Positions 24,057 through 36,650 of a DNA stretch of 64,000 nt are shown here, in pieces. Numbering within the stretch: the first letter of the stretch is position 1; every line of letters starts with the position of its first letter. The position numbers were made by a program, and so were the translations under genes. Source of the DNA: Escherichia coli (GTDB lineage Bacteria; Pseudomonadota; Gammaproteobacteria; Enterobacterales; Enterobacteriaceae); NCBI RefSeq assembly GCF_001677475.2, contig NZ_CP015229.1; one strand, 5' to 3'. The notes beneath the pieces were generated by a model. That model worked only from the letters and a program-made list of their open reading frames with translations, ran no database searches and was not told where the DNA came from.

Positions 24057-25487
24057 TTTAAGAATGCATTTGCTAACCTGCAAAAGGTCGGTAAATCGCT
24101 GATGCTGCCGGTATCCGTACTGCCTATCGCAGGTATTCTGCTGGGCGTCGGTTCCGCGAATTTCAGCTGGCTGCCCGCCGTTGTATCGCATGTTATGGCA
24201 GAAGCAGGCGGTTCCGTCTTTGCAAACATGCCACTGATTTTTGCGATCGGTGTCGCCCTCGGCTTTACCAATAACGATGGCGTATCCGCGCTGGCCGCAG
24301 TTGTTGCCTATGGCATTATGGTTAAAACCATGGCCGTGGTTGCGCCACTGGTACTGCATTTACCTGCTGAAGAAATCGCCTCTAAACACCTGGCGGATAC
24401 TGGCGTACTCGGGGGGATTATCTCCGGTGCGATCGCAGCGTACATGTTTAACCGTTTCTACCGTATTAAGCTGCCTGAGTATCTTGGCTTCTTTGCCGGT
24501 AAACGCTTTGTGCCGATCATTTCTGGCCTGGCTGCCATCTTTACTGGCGTTGTGCTGTCCTTCATTTGGCCGCCGATTGGTTCTGCAATCCAGACCTTCT
24601 CTCAGTGGGCTGCTTACCAGAACCCGGTAGTTGCGTTTGGCATTTACGGTTTCATCGAACGTTGCCTGGTACCGTTTGGTCTGCACCACATCTGGAACGT
24701 ACCTTTCCAGATGCAGATTGGTGAATACACCAACGCAGCAGGTCAGGTTTTCCACGGCGACATTCCGCGTTATATGGCGGGTGACCCGACTGCGGGTAAA
24801 CTGTCTGGTGGCTTCCTGTTCAAAATGTACGGTCTGCCAGCTGCCGCAATTGCTATCTGGCACTCTGCTAAACCAGAAAACCGCGCGAAAGTGGGCGGTA
24901 TTATGATCTCCGCGGCGCTGACCTCGTTCCTGACCGGTATCACCGAGCCGATCGAGTTCTCCTTCATGTTCGTTGCGCCGATCCTGTACATCATCCACGC
25001 GATTCTGGCAGGCCTGGCATTCCCAATCTGTATTCTTCTGGGGATGCGTGACGGTACGTCGTTCTCGCACGGTCTGATCGACTTCATCGTTCTGTCTGGT
25101 AACAGCAGCAAACTGTGGCTGTTCCCGATCGTCGGTATCGGTTATGCGATTGTTTACTACACCATCTTCCGCGTGCTGATTAAAGCACTGGATCTGAAAA
25201 CGCCGGGTCGTGAAGACGCGACTGAAGATGCAAAAGCGACAGGTACCAGCGAAATGGCACCGGCTCTGGTTGCTGCATTTGGTGGTAAAGAAAACATTAC
25301 TAACCTCGACGCATGTATTACCCGTCTGCGCGTCAGCGTTGCTGATGTGTCTAAAGTGGATCAGGCCGGCCTGAAGAAACTGGGCGCAGCGGGCGTAGTG
25401 GTTGCTGGTTCTGGTGTTCAGGCGATTTTCGGTACTAAATCCGATAACCTGAAAACCGAGATGGATGAGTACATCCGTAACCACTAA
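24054..25487 (+). CDS. ptsG: PTS glucose-specific EIICB component
   Basis: 477-aa ORF starting [31 protein letters not shown]. Confidence 0.98.
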
Positions 25488-25510
25488 TCCGTAAGACGTT
25501 GGGGAGACTA

Positions 25511-25536
25511 AGGCAGCCATCTGGCTGCCTTTTTTA
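25511..25536. terminator. Terminator between convergent ptsG and fhuE
   Basis: aggcagcc (atct) ggctgcct followed by T5. Confidence 0.75.
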
Positions 25537-25546
25537 CAGGTGTTAT

Positions 25547-27736
25547 TCAGAATTGATACGTGCCGGTAATGCTGAAATTACGCGGTGCGCCGTAGACGAT
25601 AGAACCTTCCACGTTGGTATCGTAGGTTTTGTCGAACAGGTTATTGACGTTCCCCTGTAACGAGAAGTTTTTCGTCACCTGGTAGCGGGTGAAGAGATCC
25701 ACCAGCGCGTAGCTACCTTGCTCGGCGCGGAAGGTGCCATACGGTGTCACGGTGTCGGTATACACGCGATTTTGCCAGTTAACACCACCGCCAACTGTCA
25801 GCTCTGGCATGACAGGCAACCGATAGCTGGTGAACATTTTAACCGTGGTGCGTGGCAGATTAGGATTAACGGCGTTTCCTTCGTTATCCTCTGCAATATA
25901 GCGCGTTGCGCCAAATGTCAGCTGCCAGTTGTCGGTAATTGCGCCGTTGAGTTCAAATTCCACCCCTTTACTGACTGTCCCATCCACCGCTTTATAGGCG
26001 GTTTCGCCGTTGCTGCCGGGGATAGGTGTACCGGTGGACTGAGCGACATTATCCTGCTCAATACGGAAGATGGCTAACGTGGTGGTCAGACGGCTATTCA
26101 TCCAGTCCGATTTCAGACCCAGCTCGTAGTTGTTACCGGTGATTGGAGCCAGATATTTGCCTGAACTGTCACGATCATTTTGCGGCTGGAAAATAGAGGT
26201 ATAGCTGGCGTAGGTCGACCAGTTGTCATTGATGTCAAACACCAGACCAGCGTAAGGCGTGGTGTGGTTTTTCTCCATACTGTAAGTCAGCGTATCAACC
26301 CGCCAGTTGGTATAACGTGCGCCGAGGATCAGATGCAGCGGATCGGCAAGGGTGACACGAGTGGCAGCATATAACGATTTCATATGTGTGGTATCGTCCT
26401 GCGCCAGGCTCTGTGGTGACCAGTCGGTTTGTGGGAAATTGCCATTAAAGTGGTAGAAACTGCCAATTTCATCCGGGAAGATGTTGGCCCATGAACTGAA
26501 GTAACGATTGTTTTGTTTGCTGTAACTGCCACCAAACATTAGATTGTGCTGACGACCAAACAATTCATAACTACCGTCAGCGAACAAATCCAGCGCATCA
26601 ACTTTACGTTTGCCGCTGTTCCAACCGGTGCCGCCGACATAATCAAAGCCAGGTCCATAATTACTGTATGGCCCAACCAGCATACCATCCGCTTTGTTTA
26701 CATAGGCATCGACATACATCATTTTGCTGTCAAATTCGACTTCAGAGTGGGTGGCATTCAGCGTCGCTTGCCAGGTATCAGCAAACCGCTGCTTCAGGGT
26801 CATAAAGACCTTGTTGATCTCTTTATCGTTATACGCCCAGTCAGGTGCGGTACTGCGTGCGCGATCGTAACTGTTGCTGCTGCCATCAGTATTCCAGCGC
26901 GGTAAACCGCCCCAGGTTGGGCTATTAACATCAATGCGCTGATATTCGTAACCGGCTGAAAGCGTCGTAAGATCGCCTAAATCAGCATCGACAATGCCGG
27001 AGAAGAAGGTCTTTTCACTGTTGTAGCGGTCCAGCCATGAGTCGTTATTCTGGTAGCCGCCGACAATTCGCGCGCGGATTTTACCATCTTCGGTGAGTGG
27101 GCTTTGTAAATCCGCCACATACCGTTCTTTGTTCCAGCTACCGTATTCCGCCGAGACATCGCCTTTAAATTCACGACTGGTCGCGTGTTTTCGAATCATA
27201 TTAATTGCCGCAGATGGATTACCCGTCCCGGTCATGAGTCCTGTCGCGCCACGCACTACTTCTACGCGTTCAAACAGTGCCATATCAGAAAGTGCGTCGC
27301 CCAGATTCCAGCGCGATTCAAAATAGGTGGGGATACCATCAACCATATAGTTATCGATCTGGAATCCGCGGGAATAGTAAAGAGCACGATCGGAATCCGC
27401 CTGACTTTTGCTGATCCCCAGCGTGTTTTCCATCACTTCGCCCAGCGTTTGCAACTGCTGATCTTCCATCCGCTGCTGGCTAACAATAGTGACCGACTGA
27501 GGAATATCACGTTGAGTCATCTGCATTTTGGTACCTGCAGAGGTAGACGTTACGCTGTAATCATTTTCGCCATCATCTGGAGCTGTGGCTGAACCCTCAA
27601 CAATCACCGTTTCTTCAGTGGCTGGTGCAGCAAAAGCGGCAGAAGGTAATAGTGCCAGTACAATGCAACCGGCAAGGAGTGACGGTTTGGTGATGACTTG
27701 ATATTGATTATCCCTGTTAAATTGTGTTGAAAGCAT
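25547..27736 (-). CDS. fhuE: TonB-dependent ferric-coprogen/rhodotorulic acid receptor
   Basis: 729 aa with a signal peptide, a TonB-box region, and a C-terminal ...SITGTYQF beta-barrel terminus. Confidence 0.96.
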   Translation of the reverse strand: MLSTQFNRDNQYQVITKPSLLAGCIVLALLPSAAFAAPATEETVIVEGSATAPDDGENDYSVTSTSAGTKMQMTQRDIPQSVTIVSQQRMEDQQLQTLGEVMENTLGISKSQADSDRALYYSRGFQIDNYMVDGIPTYFESRWNLGDALSDMALFERVEVVRGATGLMTGTGNPSAAINMIRKHATSREFKGDVSAEYGSWNKERYVADLQSPLTEDGKIRARIVGGYQNNDSWLDRYNSEKTFFSGIVDADLGDLTTLSAGYEYQRIDVNSPTWGGLPRWNTDGSSNSYDRARSTAPDWAYNDKEINKVFMTLKQRFADTWQATLNATHSEVEFDSKMMYVDAYVNKADGMLVGPYSNYGPGFDYVGGTGWNSGKRKVDALDLFADGSYELFGRQHNLMFGGSYSKQNNRYFSSWANIFPDEIGSFYHFNGNFPQTDWSPQSLAQDDTTHMKSLYAATRVTLADPLHLILGARYTNWRVDTLTYSMEKNHTTPYAGLVFDINDNWSTYASYTSIFQPQNDRDSSGKYLAPITGNNYELGLKSDWMNSRLTTTLAIFRIEQDNVAQSTGTPIPGSNGETAYKAVDGTVSKGVEFELNGAITDNWQLTFGATRYIAEDNEGNAVNPNLPRTTVKMFTSYRLPVMPELTVGGGVNWQNRVYTDTVTPYGTFRAEQGSYALVDLFTRYQVTKNFSLQGNVNNLFDKTYDTNVEGSIVYGAPRNFSITGTYQF

Positions 27737-28069
27737 TTGAAATCTCTTGGTTTATGTTGTCGTCAGGCTCATGCCGGAGGAGGGTGATGAGCGGTTATAT
27801 TTAGTGTGCGAATAATTTTGCATGTAAATGCAAATGAGAAATATACGCATTCATATTTGACGTGTAAACCAAACAGAGAATGTCTTTTCAGCGCATTCGC
27901 AGGCAGAAATGGGAATAATGGCGATATATACGGCAGCAAAACGATTTTTTGCTTAAGAAATCGTGAGTTAAGGTTGAAAGAGCAGGTTTAACTCGACCAT
28001 ACTCTATACTCGCAGTGTGGCGCGGCGTAGCATGGCGCAACGCATGGCTATTTGAAAAAGGAAAATGTC

Positions 28070-28429
28070 GTGGCAGAAGAAACTATATTCAGCAAAATTA
28101 TTCGTCGTGAGATCCCCTCCGATATCGTCTACCAGGATGATCTGGTAACGGCGTTTCGCGATATTTCGCCGCAAGCGCCAACGCATATTCTGATCATTCC
28201 GAATATCCTCATTCCGACTGTGAACGACGTGTCAGCTGAGCATGAGCAGGCGCTGGGACGCATGATCACCGTAGCGGCAAAAATTGCTGAGCAAGAAGGT
28301 ATTGCCGAAGATGGCTATCGTCTGATCATGAATACCAACCGCCATGGCGGACAAGAGGTTTACCACATCCATATGCACTTGTTGGGTGGCCGTCCGCTGG
28401 GACCAATGCTGGCGCATAAAGGTCTGTAA
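28070..28429 (+). CDS. hinT: HIT-family purine nucleoside phosphoramidase (GTG start)
   Basis: 119 aa starting (M)[23 protein letters not shown], with the histidine triad HIHMHLLGG. An SD AAGGAAAA lies upstream of the GTG. Confidence 0.93.
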   Translation: MAEETIFSKIIRREIPSDIVYQDDLVTAFRDISPQAPTHILIIPNILIPTVNDVSAEHEQALGRMITVAAKIAEQEGIAEDGYRLIMNTNRHGGQEVYHIHMHLLGGRPLGPMLAHKGL

Positions 28430-28431
28430 CG

Positions 28432-28809
28432 ATGAGAAAAGGATGCTTTGGGCTGGTGTCTCTGGCGTTGTTATTGCTGGTGGGCTGTCGTTCACATCCG
28501 GAAATTCCGGTGAATGATGAGCAATCGCTGGTGATGGAGTCATCTTTATTGGCTGCGGGCATCAGTGCAGAAAAGCCCGTCCTTTCGACGTCTGATATTC
28601 AACCTTCAGCATCCTCAACGCTTTATAACGAAAGGCAAGAACCCGTTACCGTTCATTATCGTTTTTACTGGTATGACGCCAGAGGGCTGGAGATGCATCC
28701 TCTGGAAAGGCCACGCAGCGTTACCATTCCTGCACATTCGGCGGTAACGCTGTACGGCAGCGCCAATTTTCTGGGGGCGCACAAAGTCAGACTTTATCTA
28801 TATTTGTAA
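28432..28809 (+). CDS. ycfL: Lipoprotein YcfL
   Basis: 125 aa with the lipobox LLLVGC. Confidence 0.92.
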   Translation: MRKGCFGLVSLALLLLVGCRSHPEIPVNDEQSLVMESSLLAAGISAEKPVLSTSDIQPSASSTLYNERQEPVTVHYRFYWYDARGLEMHPLERPRSVTIPAHSAVTLYGSANFLGAHKVRLYLYL

Positions 28810-28822
28810 GGGGTGAATCTTG

Positions 28823-29444
28823 ATGACAAAAATGAGTCGCTACGCCTTGATTACCGCGCTGGCGATGTTTCTCGCCGGGTGTGTGGGGCAACGTGAACCT
28901 GCACCGGTAGAAGAAGTGAAACCAGCGCCGGAACAACCAGCCGAGCCACAACAGCCTGTCCCCACAGTGCCCTCGGTGCCGACGATCCCGCAGCAGCCAG
29001 GCCCAATTGAGCACGAAGATCAAACTGCACCGCCTGCGCCGCATATTCGCCATTATGACTGGAATGGCGCAATGCAGCCGATGGTCAGTAAGATGCTTGG
29101 GGCTGACGGGGTGACTGCGGGTAGCGTCCTGCTGGTTGATAGCGTTAACAACCGTACTAACGGTTCGCTGAATGCCGCAGAAGCGACCGAAACGCTGCGA
29201 AATGCGCTGGCTAATAACGGGAAATTTACCCTGGTTTCCGCCCAGCAGCTGTCGATGGCTAAGCAACAGTTAGGTTTGTCGCCGCAGGACAGTTTAGGCA
29301 CCCGTAGTAAAGCCATAGGCATTGCCCGCAATGTCGGCGCTCATTACGTGCTGTACTCCAGCGCCTCTGGCAACGTTAACGCACCGACCCTACAAATGCA
29401 GCTGATGCTGGTGCAGACGGGCGAAATTATCTGGTCAGGTAAAG

Positions 29445-29464
<20 letters not shown>
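28823..29464 (+). CDS. lpoB: Outer-membrane lipoprotein activator of PBP1B
   Basis: 213 aa starting [20 protein letters not shown], followed by a Pro-rich linker. Confidence 0.95.
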
Positions 29465-31305
<1,841 letters not shown>

Positions 31306-31327
31306 CCCTGGCTTATGTGAGGAAGCG

Positions 31328-31870
31328 ATGATTATCTATTTACACGGTTTTGACTCTAACAGTCCGGGTAACCACGAGAAAGTCTTACAATTGCAGTTTA
31401 TTGACCCGGATGTACGCTTGATAAGCTACAGTACGCGGCATCCGAAACATGATATGCAGCATCTGCTTAAAGAAGTGGACAAAATGTTACAACTAAACGT
31501 CGACGAGCGTCCGCTAATTTGCGGCGTTGGTCTGGGCGGATACTGGGCGGAACGGATTGGTTTTCTTTGCGACATCCGCCAGGTAATCTTCAACCCTAAT
31601 TTGTTCCCTTATGAGAACATGGAAGGCAAGATTGATCGCCCGGAAGAGTATGCCGATATTGCCACTAAGTGTGTGACCAACTTCCGTGAGAAGAATCGCG
31701 ATCGTTGCCTGGTGATTTTGTCGCGTAATGATGAAGCGCTTAACAGCCAGCGGACATCTGAAGAGCTGCATCATTATTACGAGATTGTCTGGGACGAAGA
31801 GCAGTCGCACAAATTCAAGAATATCTCCCCGCATTTGCAGCGCATTAAAGCGTTCAAAACCCTCGGGTAA
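31328..31870 (+). CDS. ycfP: UPF0227 alpha/beta-hydrolase-like protein YcfP
   Basis: Start at [19 protein letters not shown] (180 aa). Confidence 0.93.
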   Translation: MIIYLHGFDSNSPGNHEKVLQLQFIDPDVRLISYSTRHPKHDMQHLLKEVDKMLQLNVDERPLICGVGLGGYWAERIGFLCDIRQVIFNPNLFPYENMEGKIDRPEEYADIATKCVTNFREKNRDRCLVILSRNDEALNSQRTSEELHHYYEIVWDEEQSHKFKNISPHLQRIKAFKTLG

Positions 31871-31877
31871 ATGCCCT

Positions 31878-31930
31878 CGTCGCATCAGGTAACCTTGCCG
31901 GTACCTGATGCGCCTCTTATCAGGCCTACC
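31878..31930. repeat. REP element
   Basis: cgcatcaggta...tacctgatgcg palindrome plus cttatcaggcctac. Confidence 0.65.
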
Positions 31931-32200
31931 AAACGCCCTCCATACACCCCTCACGCTATACCACTCTCACAAATTCGCTCAAATAATAAACAATAAACTC
32001 TGTTTTTTGATCTCACCCGGTAAAGTCGCCTATCTTTTCAGCAACAAAACTTGATTAACATCAATTTTGGTATGACCAATGCACCATTCATGTTATTCTC
32101 AATAGCGAAGAACATTTTCATTGCTGTAACCTGTTGTTAATTAAGAGCTATGTTAATAATCATTAATTAACAATTGGTTAATAAATTTAAGGGGGTCACG

Positions 32201-33505
32201 TTGACTACGCCATTGAAAAAAATTGTGATTGTCGGCGGCGGTGCTGGTGGGCTGGAAATGGCAACACAGCTGGGGCATAAGCTGGGACGCAAGAAAAAAG
32301 CCAAAATTACGCTGGTCGATCGTAACCACAGCCACCTGTGGAAACCGCTGCTGCACGAAGTGGCGACTGGCTCGCTTGATGAAGGCGTCGATGCGTTGAG
32401 CTATCTGGCACATGCGCGCAATCATGGTTTCCAGTTCCAGCTGGGTTCCGTCATTGATATTGATCGTGAAGCGAAAACAATCACTATTGCAGAACTGCGC
32501 GACGAGAAAGGTGAACTGCTGGTTCCGGAACGTAAAATCGCCTATGACACCCTGGTAATGGCGCTGGGTAGCACCTCTAACGATTTCAATACGCCAGGTG
32601 TCAAAGAGAACTGCATTTTCCTCGATAACCCGCACCAGGCGCGTCGCTTCCACCAGGAGATGCTGAATCTGTTCCTGAAATACTCCGCCAACCTGGGCGC
32701 GAATGGCAAAGTGAACATTGCGATTGTCGGCGGCGGCGCGACGGGTGTAGAACTCTCCGCTGAATTGCACAACGCGGTCAAGCAACTGCATAGCTATGGT
32801 TACAAAGGCCTGACCAACGAAGCCCTGAACGTAACGCTGGTAGAAGCGGGAGAACGTATTTTGCCTGCATTACCGCCACGTATCTCTGCTGCGGCCCACA
32901 ACGAGCTAACGAAACTTGGCGTTCGCGTGCTGACGCAAACCATGGTCACCAGTGCTGATGAAGGCGGCCTGCACACTAAAGATGGCGAATATATTGAGGC
33001 TGATCTGATGGTATGGGCAGCCGGGATCAAAGCGCCAGACTTCCTGAAAGATATCGGTGGTCTTGAAACCAACCGTATCAACCAGCTGGTGGTGGAACCG
33101 ACGCTGCAAACCACCCGTGATCCAGACATTTACGCTATTGGCGACTGCGCGTCATGCCCGCGTCCGGAAGGGGGCTTTGTTCCGCCGCGAGCTCAGGCTG
33201 CACACCAGATGGCGACCTGCGCAATGAACAACATTCTGGCGCAGATGAACGGTAAGCCGCTGAAAAATTATCAGTATAAAGATCATGGTTCACTGGTATC
33301 GCTGTCGAACTTCTCCACCGTCGGTAGCCTGATGGGTAACCTGACGCGCGGCTCAATGATGATTGAAGGACGAATTGCGCGCTTTGTATATATCTCGCTA
33401 TACCGAATGCATCAGATTGCGCTGCATGGTTACTTTAAAACCGGATTAATGATGCTGGTGGGGAGTATTAACCGCGTTATCCGTCCACGTTTGAAGTTGC
33501 ATTAA
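32201..33505 (+). CDS. ndh: NADH dehydrogenase II (TTG start)
   Basis: 434 aa starting (M)[24 protein letters not shown]. An SD AAGGGGG lies upstream. The ORF track's start is further upstream. Confidence 0.96.
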
Positions 33506-33516
33506 TCGGCTTGTAC

Positions 33517-33607
33517 TGGCGGATGCGGCGCAAACGCCTTATCCGCCCTGGACAAATGGTATGAGCGGTAGGCCTGATAAGACGCGTTAAGCGTCGCATC
33601 AGGCATT
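33517..33607. repeat. REP/BIME element
   Basis: ggcggatgcggcgcaaacgccttatccgcc and gtaggcctgataagacgcg...cgtcgcatcaggc. Confidence 0.7.
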
Positions 33608-33731
33608 CCTTCAGACTCCTCCGAATCCTTAAGTATTTCCAGCCATTCCCGCGCTTTTCATCTTCTGTCTGATAGCTGCTTTTCTCCTTCGCTTGCATGA
33701 TTGGCATAACTGCAAAGAAGGAGGTGTTCCC

Positions 33732-34271
33732 GTGAATAAATCAATGTTGGCGGGTATCGGGATTGGTGTCGCAGCTGCGCTGGGCGTAGCGGCAGTGGCC
33801 AGTCTGAACGTGTTTGAACGGGGCCCGCAATACGCTCAGGTTGTTTCTGCAACCCCAATCAAGGAAACGGTTAAAACACCGCGTCAGGAGTGTCGCAACG
33901 TCACAGTGACCCATCGTCGACCGGTGCAGGATGAAAATCGCATTACCGGGTCGGTGCTCGGCGCTGTTGCTGGCGGCGTGATAGGGCATCAGTTTGGTGG
34001 TGGTCGTGGTAAAGATGTCGCCACTGTTGTGGGGGCGCTGGGGGGGGGATATGCCGGTAACCAGATCCAGGGCTCTCTCCAGGAAAGCGATACTTACACG
34101 ACTACGCAACAGCGTTGTAAAACGGTGTATGACAAGTCAGAAAAAATGCTCGGTTATGATGTGACCTATAAGATTGGCGATCAGCAGGGCAAAATCCGCA
34201 TGGACCGCGATCCGGGTACGCAAATCCCACTAGATAGCAACGGGCAACTGATTTTGAATAACAAAGTATAA
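33732..34271 (+). CDS. ycfJ: Gly-rich membrane-anchored protein YcfJ (GTG start)
   Basis: 179 aa starting (M)NKSMLAGIGIGVAAALGVAAVASL. An SD AAGGAGGTG lies upstream. Confidence 0.92.
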   Translation: MNKSMLAGIGIGVAAALGVAAVASLNVFERGPQYAQVVSATPIKETVKTPRQECRNVTVTHRRPVQDENRITGSVLGAVAGGVIGHQFGGGRGKDVATVVGALGGGYAGNQIQGSLQESDTYTTTQQRCKTVYDKSEKMLGYDVTYKIGDQQGKIRMDRDPGTQIPLDSNGQLILNNKV

Positions 34272-34292
34272 CAAGGCTGTACTCTGCAATTT

Positions 34293-34328
34293 AGCCCCTC
34301 ATTCGCTCAGGCTGAGGGGCTTTTTTTG
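34293..34328 (+). terminator. Terminator after ycfJ
   Basis: agcccctca pairs with tgaggggct, followed by T7. Confidence 0.75.
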
Positions 34329-34332
34329 CGAC

Positions 34333-34965
34333 TTATTTCACCAGTTCGGGCCATAAACGCAAAGTCGTTCCGGCAATCTGCATCAGTTTTTCCAGCGATG
34401 CACCTTCGCGTGCGCTGATCGACATCCCCTGAATAATACAATTAAGGAATTCTGCCAGATGTGTCACGTCACAGTGGGTCGGGATTTCCCCGCGCGCTTG
34501 TCGTTGACATAAAAACTGCTGCAAAGTGCGCTCTTGCATCGCATGGCGTGATTTCAACGTATTGGCGATATCTCCTGAATCCGGGGAGAGGGTGGTGCAG
34601 TTGTTGATCATGAAGCAGCCTGCCGGGGTGTCTTTGCTGGTAAAGCAGTTGGCGATGGCAGCAAAATAGTCAGCCAGCGCAGACTCCACGCTTTTCTCTT
34701 CACAAAACAGCTGTGCTTCATGCTTAGCGGCAAAACGATCGATATAGCGGTCGAGTACGGCGCGGAATAACCCCTCTTTGTTGGTAAATTCCGCGTATAG
34801 CGTGGGCGCTTTGGCTCCGGTCGCTTCGACGAGGTCCGCAAGAGAAGTCGCTTCATAACCATGCTGCCAGAACAATTTCATGGCCTTATCAAGCGCGGCA
34901 TCCCTGTCGAACACTTTTGGGCGGCCACGGCTTTTTTTTACACATTGTGTTGAGTCAGTTGCCAT
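34333..34965 (-). CDS. comR: TetR-family repressor ComR (YcfQ)
   Basis: Start at MATDSTQCVKKSRGRPKVFDRDAALDKAMKLFWQHGYEATSL (210 aa). Confidence 0.93.
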   Translation of the reverse strand: MATDSTQCVKKSRGRPKVFDRDAALDKAMKLFWQHGYEATSLADLVEATGAKAPTLYAEFTNKEGLFRAVLDRYIDRFAAKHEAQLFCEEKSVESALADYFAAIANCFTSKDTPAGCFMINNCTTLSPDSGDIANTLKSRHAMQERTLQQFLCQRQARGEIPTHCDVTHLAEFLNCIIQGMSISAREGASLEKLMQIAGTTLRLWPELVK

Positions 34966-35120
34966 GATGCCGTTGTACCTGGTGACTGTGAATGGAAGGT
35001 TATTATAAAAATAATCACCTCCGTTCACCAGTCCAGAAACCATAAAAATAATTGCTTTCTATTTAACTGAAATTTAAAGGTTTTTAAATTAATTAATGAT
35101 TGTTATAAAAAATATCTTGT

Positions 35121-35138
35121 ATGTGATCCAGATCACAT
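35121..35138. promoter_or_regulatory. Perfect inverted repeat in the comR-bhsA spacer; candidate ComR operator
   Basis: atgtgatc-ca-gatcacat: 8-bp arms with a 2-bp spacer, about 70 bp upstream of bhsA. Confidence 0.5.
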
Positions 35139-35205
35139 CTATCATTTAGTTATCGATCGTTAAGTAATTGCTTACGACGCCATTCATCTGCATAAGGCCA
35201 CTATT

Positions 35206-35463
35206 ATGAAAAACGTAAAAACCCTCATCGCTGCGGCGATTTTAAGCTCCATGTCATTTGCCAGCTTTGCGGCTGTCGAAGTTCAGTCAACGCCAGAAGG
35301 CCAACAAAAAGTCGGTACTATCAGTGCTAACGCGGGGACAAATCTGGGATCGCTGGAAGAGTAGCTGGCGCAAAAAGCGGATGAGATGGGCGCAAAATCT
35401 TTCCGTATTACTTCTGTAACCGGTCCGAATACCCTCCATGGAACAGCAGTAATTTATAAATAA
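35206..35463 (+). pseudogene. bhsA: bhsA (ycfR) interrupted by an in-frame amber codon at codon 53
   Basis: Manual translation gives MKNVKTLIAAAILSSMSFASFAAVEVQSTPEGQQKVGTISANAGTNLGSLEE, then TAG (35362-35364), then LAQKADEMGAKSFRITSVTGPNTLHGTAVIYK and a stop. I recall Gln (CAG) at this codon in K-12. Confidence 0.85.
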
Positions 35464-35502
35464 GCATTAACCCTCATTAATGCCTGCTACTGCTGATTTT
35501 TT

Positions 35503-35535
35503 CCCCGCGACATGCCGTGTCGCGGGGATTTTTTT
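35503..35535 (+). terminator. Terminator after bhsA
   Basis: ccccgcgaca (tgccg) tgtcgcgggg followed by a T-run. Confidence 0.8.
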
Positions 35536-35544
35536 ATCCGGGCT

Positions 35545-36507
35545 TTACAGAGTTTGTGGGCTCACTTGATGACGGCGGACATCCACCGGCATCCCGGAAC
35601 GGACATCCATGACATGTTGCATCACTTCAGCGTCAGTTTGTGCTGCATCTTTAAATGATTGCATTGCGCTATTCAGCGTAATTGGCAGCAGCTGCGGATC
35701 GTCATCAATCTTCTCTGACAGCGGCTGATGTACTTCAACCAGACGCGCACCGTTTGGTTCGGCAGAGACTTTAATCGGGGTGTTGATGATATTTACTTTG
35801 GTACCTGGGGTGACCTGGCTAAAGAGTGTTTTGATATCGTCATCCCGCAGACGAATACAGCCAGAACTTACCCGCATGCCAATGCCGAAATCGGCGTTCG
35901 TACCGTGAAGCAAATAAACGCCGCCATAGGCCGCCAGGCGAATCGCATGATGGCCCATTGGGTTATCCGGTCCAGCCGGAACTACCGCAGGCAACTCAAT
36001 TCCCTGTGCCTTATACCGCGCGCGGATGTTTGCCGTTGGCGTCCAGGTTGGGTTTGCACGTTTGTCTGAAACGGTGGTCACCATTGTCGGTGTCAGCGTG
36101 TCACCACCCAACTGACCAATGCCGATGGGATACACGGTTACCGAATTTTTACCCGGCGGGTAGTAATAGAGACGCAGCTCCGCAATGTTGATCACAATGC
36201 CTTCGCGCGGCGCGTCTGGAAGTAGGGTTTGCAACGGGATCGTTAACACGCTACCCGCGCGCGGTACGTAAGGATCAACGCCGGGGTTAGCCTGTAACAG
36301 AGCGAGAAAGCCGACGTTATATTTTTTGGCGATGGCTTCCAGAGAACCACCGTCATTTTCCACCACATGAAATTTGTTTTCACCAACCAGACGACTGCCC
36401 GCTGGTGGCAGCGGCCAGGTGTTGGCTTTTGCCGGTAGCGCCAGCGCCACGGCAGCGGCGAACGTAAAAAACGTTAGCCAGCGAGAAAAACGCGTTTTGA
36501 TCATCAC
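35545..36507 (-). CDS. ldtC: L,D-transpeptidase LdtC (YcfS)
   Basis: 320 aa starting MMIKTRFSRWLTFFTFAAAVALALPAKA, with a LysM domain and the YkuD domain motif SSGCIRL. Confidence 0.95.
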   Translation of the reverse strand: MMIKTRFSRWLTFFTFAAAVALALPAKANTWPLPPAGSRLVGENKFHVVENDGGSLEAIAKKYNVGFLALLQANPGVDPYVPRAGSVLTIPLQTLLPDAPREGIVINIAELRLYYYPPGKNSVTVYPIGIGQLGGDTLTPTMVTTVSDKRANPTWTPTANIRARYKAQGIELPAVVPAGPDNPMGHHAIRLAAYGGVYLLHGTNADFGIGMRVSSGCIRLRDDDIKTLFSQVTPGTKVNIINTPIKVSAEPNGARLVEVHQPLSEKIDDDPQLLPITLNSAMQSFKDAAQTDAEVMQHVMDVRSGMPVDVRRHQVSPQTL

Positions 36508-36650
36508 CAAAAATCCATAATAAATATAAGGTTATTGTAATAAACAGATAAGCCTGAATTATGGATGGTGACAGTGTCGGATAGTGCAGGGAAGTGCAAA
36601 GAATTTGTAAATGTTGCAGATGGGGGCGCAGAAACGCCCCCGATTTACCA

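Noticed and set aside
24360-25520. 386-aa minus-strand ORF antisense to ptsG
   Set aside because: It is a shadow ORF of a highly expressed, codon-biased gene, with no start context and an implausible Arg/Thr-rich sequence.
27800-27860. Fur box upstream of fhuE
   Set aside because: fhuE is known to be iron-regulated and the region is AT-rich. My best alignment to the 19-bp Fur consensus was only about 11/19, so I cannot place a site with confidence.
32153-32791. 212-aa minus-strand ORF antisense to the ndh 5' half
   Set aside because: It is a shadow ORF; ndh on the plus strand is unambiguous.
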